A stretch of DNA of 64,000 nt, from positions 1-64,000 of IMG/VR virus record IMGVR_UViG_3300027782_000065, one strand, 5' to 3'. The stretch's first letter is position 1. Each line of letters starts with the position of its first letter. Positions 1 to 8,334 of this stretch are shown here, piece by piece. The notes under the pieces were generated by a model, which did no database searches, had not been told where the DNA came from, and was given only the letters and a program-made list of their open reading frames with translations. The stretch comes from a virus. Lineage: Duplodnaviria > Caudoviricetes. The position numbers were made by a program, and so were the translations under genes.

Positions 1-85
1 CAGGTAGGATCTCATCATCATAGATGCCACCCTTATGATCCCAAACGGAATCATACTTCAATGTAACTTTTGCTTCGTAAGTCAT
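1..85 (-). CDS. small hypothetical protein, 5' part only (runs off the window)
   Basis: ATG at 85 reads MTYEAKVTLKYDSVWDHKGGIYDDEILP to the window edge; lies just downstream of a sigma70 promoter. Confidence 0.6.
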   Translation of the reverse strand, partial: MTYEAKVTLKYDSVWDHKGGIYDDEILP

Positions 86-107
86 GATTTCGTTTGATTA
101 CCTTCAT

Positions 108-136
108 ACTATAAGACCTCTCAACTGAAAAGTCAA
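108..136 (-). promoter_or_regulatory. sigma70-type early promoter
   Basis: TTGACT-17 nt-TATAGT on the minus strand. Confidence 0.75.
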
Positions 137-166
137 GAGGCAGTGGACGGTTTTTAAAGTGTCTGT

Positions 167-412
167 TTAGACTTCGTAATCTTCTTGATAATACCCACTC
201 ACGACATTATCATCCCAAGCCGTCGGCAAATTATGCTCTCGTGCTCTCATGTGATTTACCTTAGAAACTGGAAGACCCTCCAAGTCTTCTTCGTGTAAGA
301 TTCCATCCAACTGACGGATTTCGTTGAAGGTATGAGGAAACCTAAGTGCTCCTCTATGCATTCCTTCAAGGTTGCGATTAGTTCTAGACATAATGTTTGT
401 GAATAAACACAA
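167..412 (-). CDS. small hypothetical phage protein
   Basis: 81-aa ORF in a head-to-tail array of small genes; start may be the internal MSRT. Confidence 0.65.
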   Translation of the reverse strand: MCLFTNIMSRTNRNLEGMHRGALRFPHTFNEIRQLDGILHEEDLEGLPVSKVNHMRAREHNLPTAWDDNVVSGYYQEDYEV

Positions 413-423
413 TACTAATTATA

Positions 424-663
424 TCACTTATTTTCTTTTTCTGCAAACTCCTTCATAAGTTCTTTTGCTATTTTCAAAGAGTTCCTATACATAAAATACT
501 TCACAATCGGATTTCTTGGATTATGAAGCAACCACCACTTTTGTTTTTCGTATTGGAACCTTACAATCTTAGAAACTAAGGTGACGGCATACGCTACACT
601 ATCATCCGTTGCAATCAGATAAGCAACAAACACAAAGATTCCAAACCAAAAGTAATAGACCAT
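424..663 (-). CDS. small membrane-anchored hypothetical protein
   Basis: 79 aa, hydrophobic N-terminus, co-oriented with neighbours. Confidence 0.65.
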   Translation of the reverse strand: MVYYFWFGIFVFVAYLIATDDSVAYAVTLVSKIVRFQYEKQKWWLLHNPRNPIVKYFMYRNSLKIAKELMKEFAEKENK

Positions 664-703
664 TATTTCTTTACTGAATAAAGATATCTTATTTTGAACC
701 TAT

Positions 704-916
704 TTAGATGCCAAATCCCTTTACCTTCTCTTTATTTTTCTTTTTATCCAAAACCTTTACAACATCCAAATAATTGGGAATTTGGCAGTGAGACCACCAA
801 TACTCATGAGCAGCACTCCAATCATCAAAAAATACGGTTTTACCTGTTTTTAAAAGTATTTCATAATGATGCCGATCATATGGAGCATTAGATGTTTGAG
901 AAAATGTATTTGTCAC
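704..916 (-). CDS. hypothetical protein
   Basis: 70 aa ending KGFG-I, a cyanophage-like C-terminus; ATGA overlap with the upstream ORF. Confidence 0.65.
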   Translation of the reverse strand: MTNTFSQTSNAPYDRHHYEILLKTGKTVFFDDWSAAHEYWWSHCQIPNYLDVVKVLDKKKNKEKVKGFGI

Positions 917-1152
917 AAAAATGCCTCAAGTGAGGATGTGGTAGGTTTAGACTTTGGTTTTGATACTTTAATCTGCTTGTTGATATACGACTTAGCAGAA
1001 GAAAGATTTTGACAAACAGTAATCTGTTCGCCATTATGAATAATCATAAACTTCTTACCAAAAGGAACTGCTGCCCACATTCCATCTTTGGTTACATAAC
1101 CCGATGGTTCTGATGGTTTAGGATTCAGCAGTCCATGATTTTGAATGTTCAT
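913..1152 (-). CDS. hypothetical protein
   Basis: 79 aa, tightly packed between neighbours. Confidence 0.65.
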   Translation of the reverse strand: MNIQNHGLLNPKPSEPSGYVTKDGMWAAVPFGKKFMIIHNGEQITVCQNLSSAKSYINKQIKVSKPKSKPTTSSLEAFL

Positions 1153-1293
1153 TTAGAATGCAGCATTCACACTAATGACACGGGCAGTTGGATTACGTGC
1201 CAAAGCAGTACGCTTGGCATCCTGATAATCACGTGCTTCAACGTGCTCATAGAAAACTTTACCAGCAACGTAGAGTTCAACTTTGCATTTCAT
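1153..1293 (-). CDS. small hypothetical protein (46 aa, not in the ORF track)
   Basis: Manual translation MKCKVELYVAGKVFYEHVEARDYQDAKRTALARNPTARVISVNAAF*; abuts the next gene and follows a promoter element. Confidence 0.7.
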   Translation of the reverse strand: MKCKVELYVAGKVFYEHVEARDYQDAKRTALARNPTARVISVNAAF

Positions 1294-1321
1294 GGGAGGA
1301 AACCTCTTTGGTTATGTGTGT

Positions 1322-1376
1322 ATTATAAGGGCATAATCGGAAAAAATCCGATCATGGTGTGCCAGTTTGGCAATTG
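1322..1376 (-). promoter_or_regulatory. early promoter (TATAAT) with upstream GTGCCAGTT-N4-AATTG motif
   Basis: TATAAT at 1322-1327 (minus strand); motif at 1359-1376; no consensus -35. Confidence 0.55.
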
Positions 1377-1378
1377 GA

Positions 1379-2605
1379 TCACTTTTTGATGGTTGAAATG
1401 GCAACATCACCTTGCTTGAAGATGATGTCCACAACATTCTGAACTGCCCTGGCAGTATTCGTAGATGCCTTGTCAAAGGTGGGGCAAATCACTAGTCCAT
1501 AGGATTTAGTGTAAGAGGGCAGATCGCCTGCCACAAGGGCACCAGAGCGGATCCCAGCAGCATCCTGAGGGTGTAGGCGAAGAGTGCGCCCAACGGTTTG
1601 ACCGATGCCTACAACATCCATAGAGCGCATGAATACAACTGCCTCCAGAGCACTAATATTGATGCCTTCTGCCAGAATGCTGTGATGAAGAACCACAAAC
1701 TTCTTGTCGGCATCCTTACCCCATTTGTTGAGAGTGTCAAAGAACACCTCACGATTCACAATTTTGCCGTCAATAAATGCACCGTGCTTAGAAGTAATAT
1801 GCATCACAGAATAACCCTGTTCGGCAAGTTGTTGGGCAAAATTGGTTTCGGAAAGCAAACCAACAATGTGCCTGGTTGCCTTAGCACAGATCAGAATCTT
1901 GTTGACGGGGTGATCTGCAATTGTTTGCATAAGATACTCACAATCACGCTGTGCAATATCCTCACCTTGAATAGAAAGGCGCATTTCCTTCATCATCACT
2001 TTGGGGGGAATGATGTAACCACCTTCAACAAGTTGAGGTGCAGGAACCTTGGCAATAATCTGCCCATAAACATCCACATCATTCATACCAGGTTTGCCAA
2101 CCACAGAAGAATACTTGGGAGTTGCCGTAAAGAAATAAGAACGATCTGCCTCTGATGCAAAATGCTCTGTAGCAGGAAAGAAATTACGTTTGATGGAGTT
2201 GTGTGCCTCGTCAAAATAAATCGTATTCACCTTGATCTCTGCACGTTGCAGTTGCTGTAGAGAGTTGTAAGTGGTAAAGATTAGTTTGTGCCCCTCCACT
2301 TGATCATACCAGGCACGAATCACATTCGGGCGAGTGCTGCTGAAGTGATGAGTTTCACCTGTGTGAATGTGCATCACGTGAGCGTTGGTGATAAACTCAA
2401 GGTACTCACTAGACAACTGCTCTGCCAGGAGGATGCGAGGCGCCACCACTACGATGGTTTGAGGAGTTGCAGATAGAAATTGATTAATGGCATCAAAGAT
2501 ACCTACGTTGGTCTTACCACCGCCAGTAGGGAAAACACAGATGCCTTTGGAGTGCTGCTGAAGGGCATCCAGAGCAATCTGCTGGTGAGGACGGAGTTGA
2601 ATCAC
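1379..2605 (-). CDS. SF2 DEAD/DEAH-like helicase (ResIII-like)
   Basis: Q-motif LRPHQ, Walker A PTGGGKT, DEAH, TATP, and late motifs HSILAEGIN and QTVGRTLR. Confidence 0.9.
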   Translation of the reverse strand: MIQLRPHQQIALDALQQHSKGICVFPTGGGKTNVGIFDAINQFLSATPQTIVVVAPRILLAEQLSSEYLEFITNAHVMHIHTGETHHFSSTRPNVIRAWYDQVEGHKLIFTTYNSLQQLQRAEIKVNTIYFDEAHNSIKRNFFPATEHFASEADRSYFFTATPKYSSVVGKPGMNDVDVYGQIIAKVPAPQLVEGGYIIPPKVMMKEMRLSIQGEDIAQRDCEYLMQTIADHPVNKILICAKATRHIVGLLSETNFAQQLAEQGYSVMHITSKHGAFIDGKIVNREVFFDTLNKWGKDADKKFVVLHHSILAEGINISALEAVVFMRSMDVVGIGQTVGRTLRLHPQDAAGIRSGALVAGDLPSYTKSYGLVICPTFDKASTNTARAVQNVVDIIFKQGDVAISTIKK

Positions 2606-2627
2606 GTTCTTGGTTGCGTATGGGACT

Positions 2628-2680
2628 ATTATAGCAGAAAAAGGGGTCCCGAAGAACCCCTTGTGCCACTTATGAAATTG
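2628..2680 (-). promoter_or_regulatory. early promoter element with -10 box and upstream motif
   Basis: TATAAT at 2628-2633; GTGCCACTT-N4-AATTG at 2663-2680. Confidence 0.55.
2636..2662 (-). terminator. intrinsic terminator with cUUCGg loop
   Basis: Minus strand AAGGGGTTC-TTCG-GGACCCCTT followed by a T-run. Confidence 0.7.
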
Positions 2681-2682
2681 GA

Positions 2683-2904
2683 TTAGGCATTTAAAACGTA
2701 CTTTCCACCACCAACAAATATTAACTTACCAGAATCACGAATGATTTGAAGATCTCTACGAATCAGAGCCTCTGGTGTTTTGTTATTTGGATTAGTGATT
2801 GAAAGAATCGGAATAGAAACCTTATAGATATCTTCAAGGAAGAAGATCTTTCCAAACCCAAAAGTTAGAAAGAGTATTTCACGAAGGCGTTCAACCGTCG
2901 TCAT
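2683..2904 (-). CDS. stand-alone DpnI/Dam-replacing-family winged-helix domain protein
   Basis: FFLEDIY...NPNNKTPEALIRRDLQIIRDSGKLIFVGGGKY resembles the DpnI C-terminal wH pattern F.L.e.Y...N....KIRQQLQ.LRD...IEF.G.G.Y. Confidence 0.7.
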   Translation of the reverse strand: MTTVERLREILFLTFGFGKIFFLEDIYKVSIPILSITNPNNKTPEALIRRDLQIIRDSGKLIFVGGGKYVLNA

Positions 2905-3980
2905 TTGATAGAAATCAAAGTATCGGCAGGATCAGTATCCACGATGTGTGGAGGGCGAGAACCATAGATCAGGAAAGATCGGAGGATAGTACCAGTACCA
3001 TTAATCGTATCAAGATTACCAAAAATGTCATCCAATTGTGCAAGGCGATTCTCAATCATCTTAAGAATTGCCAAACCATCAGTTGCATTTGAAGTATTCA
3101 CATAGAAGTTCACACGGGTTTTGACACCATTTGCAGCATCACGAAGGAAAGTAGGAAGAAAATCGCGGATCCACACATCTTGTCCTGCTTCATAAAGGCG
3201 ATCAACAGTATCAGTTACGATTTGATCACTCTTATCAAGAATAGTGATGTTGCAGTTCTTAAACAGGCGAATGACTTGGGAACGAGTATAGTTAGTCAGA
3301 AAAGAATTCTTCTCGGTGTTGTTGAAAATTGCTTTCTTCAGATTAGTACGAACAAATGAAGTTTCATTCTTTGCATACTTATCAACCCAAACATTCACAT
3401 CTTCTTGAGTTACAACAAGATCTTTCTGTTTCTGACGCTGAACCCAGGCAATACCCCGTGCTTTATAGTCATCATAAACAGAACTGGATCCATCAGGTTG
3501 AGGTTGGTAAAGAAGTCCAACTTCGTCCAGAACATCACCTTCATCAAAACCTTCTTTGATGCAATATACATCAACAATCATCCAGGCATATCCGTTGTTG
3601 GAATACCACATCCAACGGTGATTGCCATTCACCAACCAGTTCTCAAATTCTTTGGTTTGAGAATTCCCAAGAACAATTGGAGGAAGTTTTCCTTGCTTGT
3701 AACCACGTTCAAGTGATTTTGCAACAGTTTCATATACTTTGGCATCATTACCACGCAAACGTCCAACGTTTTTACGAAGTTTGAATGAAGCAGTTGGAGC
3801 GATTTCAGTACGAACATATTCTACAGTTTCGTACTCGGGTCGTGCATAAGTTTCAATCTGTGCTTTCAGATCATACAGAGAACTGTCCTTCGGAATCGCA
3901 ACGTATTCATCGGGAATAGTAATCTGAGGAATTTCAGAAAATTTGTTTGTCATATTTAAAAAGTTCGGCAATATGTCCAT
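2901..3980 (-). CDS. ParB/sulfiredoxin-like N-terminal domain protein
   Basis: LPPIVL...LVNGNHRW resembles the ParB PI.V...l.dG.HR motif; remainder unrecognised. Confidence 0.6.
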   Translation of the reverse strand: MDILPNFLNMTNKFSEIPQITIPDEYVAIPKDSSLYDLKAQIETYARPEYETVEYVRTEIAPTASFKLRKNVGRLRGNDAKVYETVAKSLERGYKQGKLPPIVLGNSQTKEFENWLVNGNHRWMWYSNNGYAWMIVDVYCIKEGFDEGDVLDEVGLLYQPQPDGSSSVYDDYKARGIAWVQRQKQKDLVVTQEDVNVWVDKYAKNETSFVRTNLKKAIFNNTEKNSFLTNYTRSQVIRLFKNCNITILDKSDQIVTDTVDRLYEAGQDVWIRDFLPTFLRDAANGVKTRVNFYVNTSNATDGLAILKMIENRLAQLDDIFGNLDTINGTGTILRSFLIYGSRPPHIVDTDPADTLISIK

Positions 3981-4015
3981 TTTGAGTTTCGGCGGTGTGC
4001 CTCAACCACTCAGTT

Positions 4016-4044
4016 AGTATATGATGAATTTGCCGTTCTGTCAA
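4016..4044 (-). promoter_or_regulatory. sigma70-type promoter
   Basis: TTGACA-17 nt-TATACT upstream of the ParB-like gene. Confidence 0.8.
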
Positions 4045-4056
4045 CCCCCTGATTGA

Positions 4057-4470
4057 TTAGAAAAACTTTTCAATACCGATAAGGTTCCCAAATGAGTAGT
4101 CGTACTCCAGGGCATCGGCACACACATAATGAGTATGATCTACAGAAACACCAAGACGAGCACACAGTTCTTTATGATTATCTTCCATCATCTCAACGGC
4201 ATACAACATATGATTGAGAATATGTTCTTCTGTATGATATTTCAACAAACGATTCTTTAATCCAACAAGAAAGTTTCCACATCCTGCAGAGTTATCAATA
4301 AAGGTACTATTGGGATCTTGTAATATCTCTAATGAAATATCATCAATCATACTCTCAACAAGTTCTTGAGGAGTAAAGACTTCTTGTGTTTCTTTAATTC
4401 TTTCATCGGATCTTTCAATACTAGACCCTACTTCTTGATTGTGCTTATTCTTTACCATCTCTTTCTTCAA
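4057..4470 (-). CDS. N6-adenine DNA methyltransferase fragment, SAM-binding half
   Basis: Motif X EVFTPQELV and motif I IDNSAGCGNFL; no NPPY motif. Confidence 0.8.
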   Translation of the reverse strand: MKKEMVKNKHNQEVGSSIERSDERIKETQEVFTPQELVESMIDDISLEILQDPNSTFIDNSAGCGNFLVGLKNRLLKYHTEEHILNHMLYAVEMMEDNHKELCARLGVSVDHTHYVCADALEYDYSFGNLIGIEKFF

Positions 4471-5029
4471 TACATTTAATATAGGTTGAAATTAAATCAT
4501 TCTTTCCAAAATGTCGTCTTCCATTACAACTAGAAGCAACTTCTCTAAATCTCGTAGCAAATTCTACAAGGTTTTGTATCACACTAGGATCTCGTACCTT
4601 CAAAAAATGATGACCTTTGGCATAATGTGCAAAGTTTTCTGTTTTGACTCTACCACTTGGTCCCGATCCATACTCACCAACAAAAACATCTGCATCAAAT
4701 CTTTGTTCGTAAGGTAAGAACTCAAAGTCTGGATGCTCTCTCATCATAGGAATCTCACCAACTCCTACTTGAAATCTTGATGTATTTTTTACTTCCCAAT
4801 ATTGTTTAACAGCACTAATACCATTTGGAAACGTAGAAGGATCTAGATCTTCATCTATAGTACAATGAAGATGTGCTTTGATCTTATTCAAAGAAGAAGG
4901 TTTGCGTACCGAAGTTGGCAACACAAACCTGATGTCATCTGTAATTTCTGAGGTCTTATTTAAAAATCTAATAGCAAGATTACCTCCAACACCATATGGA
5001 GGATTACCAATAGCTAAGCTAAATCTCAT
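4445..5029 (-). CDS. N6-adenine DNA methyltransferase fragment, catalytic half
   Basis: Motif IV AIGNPPY at the N-terminus, then FVLPTS; no motif I. Confidence 0.8.
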   Translation of the reverse strand: MRFSLAIGNPPYGVGGNLAIRFLNKTSEITDDIRFVLPTSVRKPSSLNKIKAHLHCTIDEDLDPSTFPNGISAVKQYWEVKNTSRFQVGVGEIPMMREHPDFEFLPYEQRFDADVFVGEYGSGPSGRVKTENFAHYAKGHHFLKVRDPSVIQNLVEFATRFREVASSCNGRRHFGKNDLISTYIKCIEERDGKE

Positions 5030-5087
5030 AACTCATCTTCAAACCCAACAAAGGTATTCTAGCAGTATTCGGGTATTATGTCAAGTC

Positions 5088-8000
5088 TTAATAGAAGTCA
5101 AACCAAGACGTTCCATTATATCCTTGATGTCTATTTGTTGATGTATTGTAAATAAATGCTCCTGCTTCTGTTGCTAATCCAGCTCTTTGGGAATTATTCA
5201 ATCTCGGTGGAAGCATAAAAGCTCCTTGTATTGTATCTACAGATTTTCCGGCATCAGCAAAATCTATCATTGCTCTATAAACAGTTGTACCTATTCCTAT
5301 ACGACAATCACCTGTTGCCATAGTAATAAATGATGAATTATACATTTCCAATGCACCATTATCTACACCAATGTATCGTCCCTTAAGATAAAGTCCATAT
5401 TCTTGACCAAGAAAATTATCGAGTGTTTCTACATTAGTTACTGACGCATCTGTACCAATTGCTACGGATGATGCATATATTCCACCACCTCCCGATTCTA
5501 TATTAAATCCAAAAACATCCAATTGTGCTCTTGGCAACGTTGAACCAATTCCAATACGAGTAGTACTATCCATCAACAGTCGACCACTTGATTGAATATT
5601 AATATTGAAGAATGTGGAAACTCCAGATGTACTATTAAGATTTACATTAGATATTATACTTGGAAAAGTATATGAAACTGCAGAAATAGAATTTGCAGTT
5701 ATGTTATTGAGAACGCTAAGATTATCACCAACCCAAGAATTACCACTAATTGATGATGATCCACCAACATACAGTTTATGGGTGGTATTTGTCCCATTTA
5801 TGTTAAGATTTCCCTTATACGATAATGACATCAATACTGCATTATTTTGCCCATAAATCCATTTAAAATCTCCAGTACTAATTCCAGGATCACCAGCATG
5901 TATATAATTTGAAATATTTGCCGGATAATCGTTAATTATACTCAATTCATACGTTGTTGGATTAATTTTAAAGTATGAAGATGTATTACCACTAGAAACG
6001 GTTAATTTTGCATTAGCAGTATTGGAAATTATTGCAAATTCTGCATCACCTTGTCTTTTAAATTCAAAATCTTTGGTCGGAGCAGATGTTCCTATTCCAA
6101 CTTTGTTATTCAGACCATCAACATATAAAGTATTATAATTATAACTTCCAGATCCTATATAAAGTTTTTCTGGTAATAATAAATTATTATTTACTTTTAC
6201 GTTATCGGTAGAGGAATCTAAAATTAAATCTCCACCTCTCGTATCAATTGTTGTAGTCCCACCTACACCTATTTGAACTCCAGAAATATAAGCTTTTTCA
6301 AATGCATTATTTGATTGACCTAAGTAAGCACCTACATCAGCATCAGGAACAAGACCTAATGCAACAGTTGCGATTCCAGTTATATAAGTATTTCTACCTA
6401 CACTAAGATCATTAGAAACAGAAACTTTATTTGTGGATGCATTAAGTATTAAATCTCCACCTCTCGTATCAATAGTTGTGGTTCCTCCTACACCTATTTG
6501 AACTCCATCAATATATGCTTCGGAGAATGCCTTACCAGAAGTTCCTATGTATGCACCACCATCATCATCAGGAACAAAACCTATTGCAACATTAATAACT
6601 TGACTAAATGTAGATACTCCAGTTACAGATAAATTTCTACCTACACTAAGATCATTTGTAACAGAAACTTTTTTTGTAAATGCATCAAGTTTTAAATCAT
6701 TGGCTCCAGTATCAATGGTTGAACCATCAGTAACGGATATTTTAATATTATCAATATATGCATCGGAAAATGCCTTATCAGATTGACCCAAGTATGCACC
6801 ACCATTAGCATCAGGAACAAGACCAGTTTCAACAGTTGCAATACCAGCAAGATAAGTACCTCTGGTTACATAAAGATCATTTTCAATAGAAACTTTCTTC
6901 GTGAATGCATCAAGTTTTAAGTCTCCACCTCTCGTATCAATAGTTGTGGTTCCACCAACACCAATTCTAATTCCATCAATATATGCTTCAGAGAATGCAT
7001 TAGTGGATTGACCTAAGTAAGCACCTACATCGGCATCGGGAACAAGACCAGTTTCAACAGTTGCGATTCCAACCAGATAAGTATTTCTATCTACTTTAAG
7101 ATCATTAACGACATTAACTTTTTTTGTTGATGCATCAAGTTTTAAGTCACTGGATGATGTATCAATTGTATTTGCAGTATTGCTGATTCGTACATTACCA
7201 GAAACAATCTTTGGTGATGTTGTAACTCCAGTAGCCTCAATATCAATTGCTTTAAATGTAGTTGCCGTAGAAATTCCTATTTGAGAATATGATGATGTAA
7301 ATGTTGTGATAGTACCAATACCAACATCTAAATAATCACCCTTCACTATTCCAATTGTTGCAATACCAGATACATAAAGACTTGTGGCAGTTATAAATCC
7401 AACTGTCGTAACACCAGTAACTTGTAAATTTCTTGTGGTAGAAGTTCCAGTAACTCCTAATGTTCCAATTGTTGCAATACCAGTTACTGATAAATTTGTA
7501 GTAATTCCAGTGTTTATTTCTAATTTGTCAAAAGATACGTTTTGAGTAACTGTTAAACTGCCTATACTTGCAGTAGTTACTCCCAATGTTCCAATTGTTG
7601 CAATACCGGCATAAAGATTTGTGGCAGTTATAAATCCAACTGTTGTAACACCAGTAACTTGTAAATTTCTTGTAGTAGAAGTTCCAGTAACTCCTAGTGT
7701 TCCAATTGTTGCAATACCAGAAGAATTAATATTTGAAAATAGACTGGCAGAAAGAGTTCCGGCAGAAATATTATCAGCATTAATTGAAGTAACACCAGCA
7801 CCAGATCCAACAAAAGATTTTGCAGTAATAATGCCAGATGTTCTTACATTACCTTCTGAAGAAATTCCAAGTCCATATGCCGTTCCAACACCACTTGAAT
7901 TATTGGGATTATTTCCGATTTGAAATGTGAATCCTGGATTTGTAGTTGCTATACCAACGTTTCCTGCAGCATATATGCTAGTATAAGCAGAGGAAGGATC

Positions 8001-8318
8001 AACATCAATCCATTGGGAAGTTGGAAGACCAAGTAGATTAGACCCATCTCCATAATATGTTGCACTAATAATTCCACTCGCGGCATCCATTGTGATGCCA
8101 GTACCAACCTTAACAATACCACTAAATGTTGCAATACCACTTGAAATTGAATTAATGGTATCTAATCTTCCATTAATTTTGGCATTACCATAAACGTCTA
8201 GATCAGTTCTAGGAATGGTGGTTCCAATACCAACACGTCCAAGTGAATCTACTAGGAAGTTGTCCTGATCAACCTGGACACCATTTCTAAAATTAAATGA
8301 CTTATTATAATTTGCCAT
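5088..8318 (-). CDS. large virion structural/tail-fibre protein
   Basis: 1076 aa; repeated GIGTT/GIAT fibre motifs and GLVPD...AFSEAYIDG...TIDTRGGDL modules. Confidence 0.8.
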   Translation of the reverse strand: MANYNKSFNFRNGVQVDQDNFLVDSLGRVGIGTTIPRTDLDVYGNAKINGRLDTINSISSGIATFSGIVKVGTGITMDAASGIISATYYGDGSNLLGLPTSQWIDVDPSSAYTSIYAAGNVGIATTNPGFTFQIGNNPNNSSGVGTAYGLGISSEGNVRTSGIITAKSFVGSGAGVTSINADNISAGTLSASLFSNINSSGIATIGTLGVTGTSTTRNLQVTGVTTVGFITATNLYAGIATIGTLGVTTASIGSLTVTQNVSFDKLEINTGITTNLSVTGIATIGTLGVTGTSTTRNLQVTGVTTVGFITATSLYVSGIATIGIVKGDYLDVGIGTITTFTSSYSQIGISTATTFKAIDIEATGVTTSPKIVSGNVRISNTANTIDTSSSDLKLDASTKKVNVVNDLKVDRNTYLVGIATVETGLVPDADVGAYLGQSTNAFSEAYIDGIRIGVGGTTTIDTRGGDLKLDAFTKKVSIENDLYVTRGTYLAGIATVETGLVPDANGGAYLGQSDKAFSDAYIDNIKISVTDGSTIDTGANDLKLDAFTKKVSVTNDLSVGRNLSVTGVSTFSQVINVAIGFVPDDDGGAYIGTSGKAFSEAYIDGVQIGVGGTTTIDTRGGDLILNASTNKVSVSNDLSVGRNTYITGIATVALGLVPDADVGAYLGQSNNAFEKAYISGVQIGVGGTTTIDTRGGDLILDSSTDNVKVNNNLLLPEKLYIGSGSYNYNTLYVDGLNNKVGIGTSAPTKDFEFKRQGDAEFAIISNTANAKLTVSSGNTSSYFKINPTTYELSIINDYPANISNYIHAGDPGISTGDFKWIYGQNNAVLMSLSYKGNLNINGTNTTHKLYVGGSSSISGNSWVGDNLSVLNNITANSISAVSYTFPSIISNVNLNSTSGVSTFFNINIQSSGRLLMDSTTRIGIGSTLPRAQLDVFGFNIESGGGGIYASSVAIGTDASVTNVETLDNFLGQEYGLYLKGRYIGVDNGALEMYNSSFITMATGDCRIGIGTTVYRAMIDFADAGKSVDTIQGAFMLPPRLNNSQRAGLATEAGAFIYNTSTNRHQGYNGTSWFDFY

Positions 8319-8334
8319 CTCTTAGTCTTTCTAG

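Noticed and set aside
1598-2686. Plus-strand ORFs over the helicase
   Set aside because: Antisense shadows with no recognisable motifs
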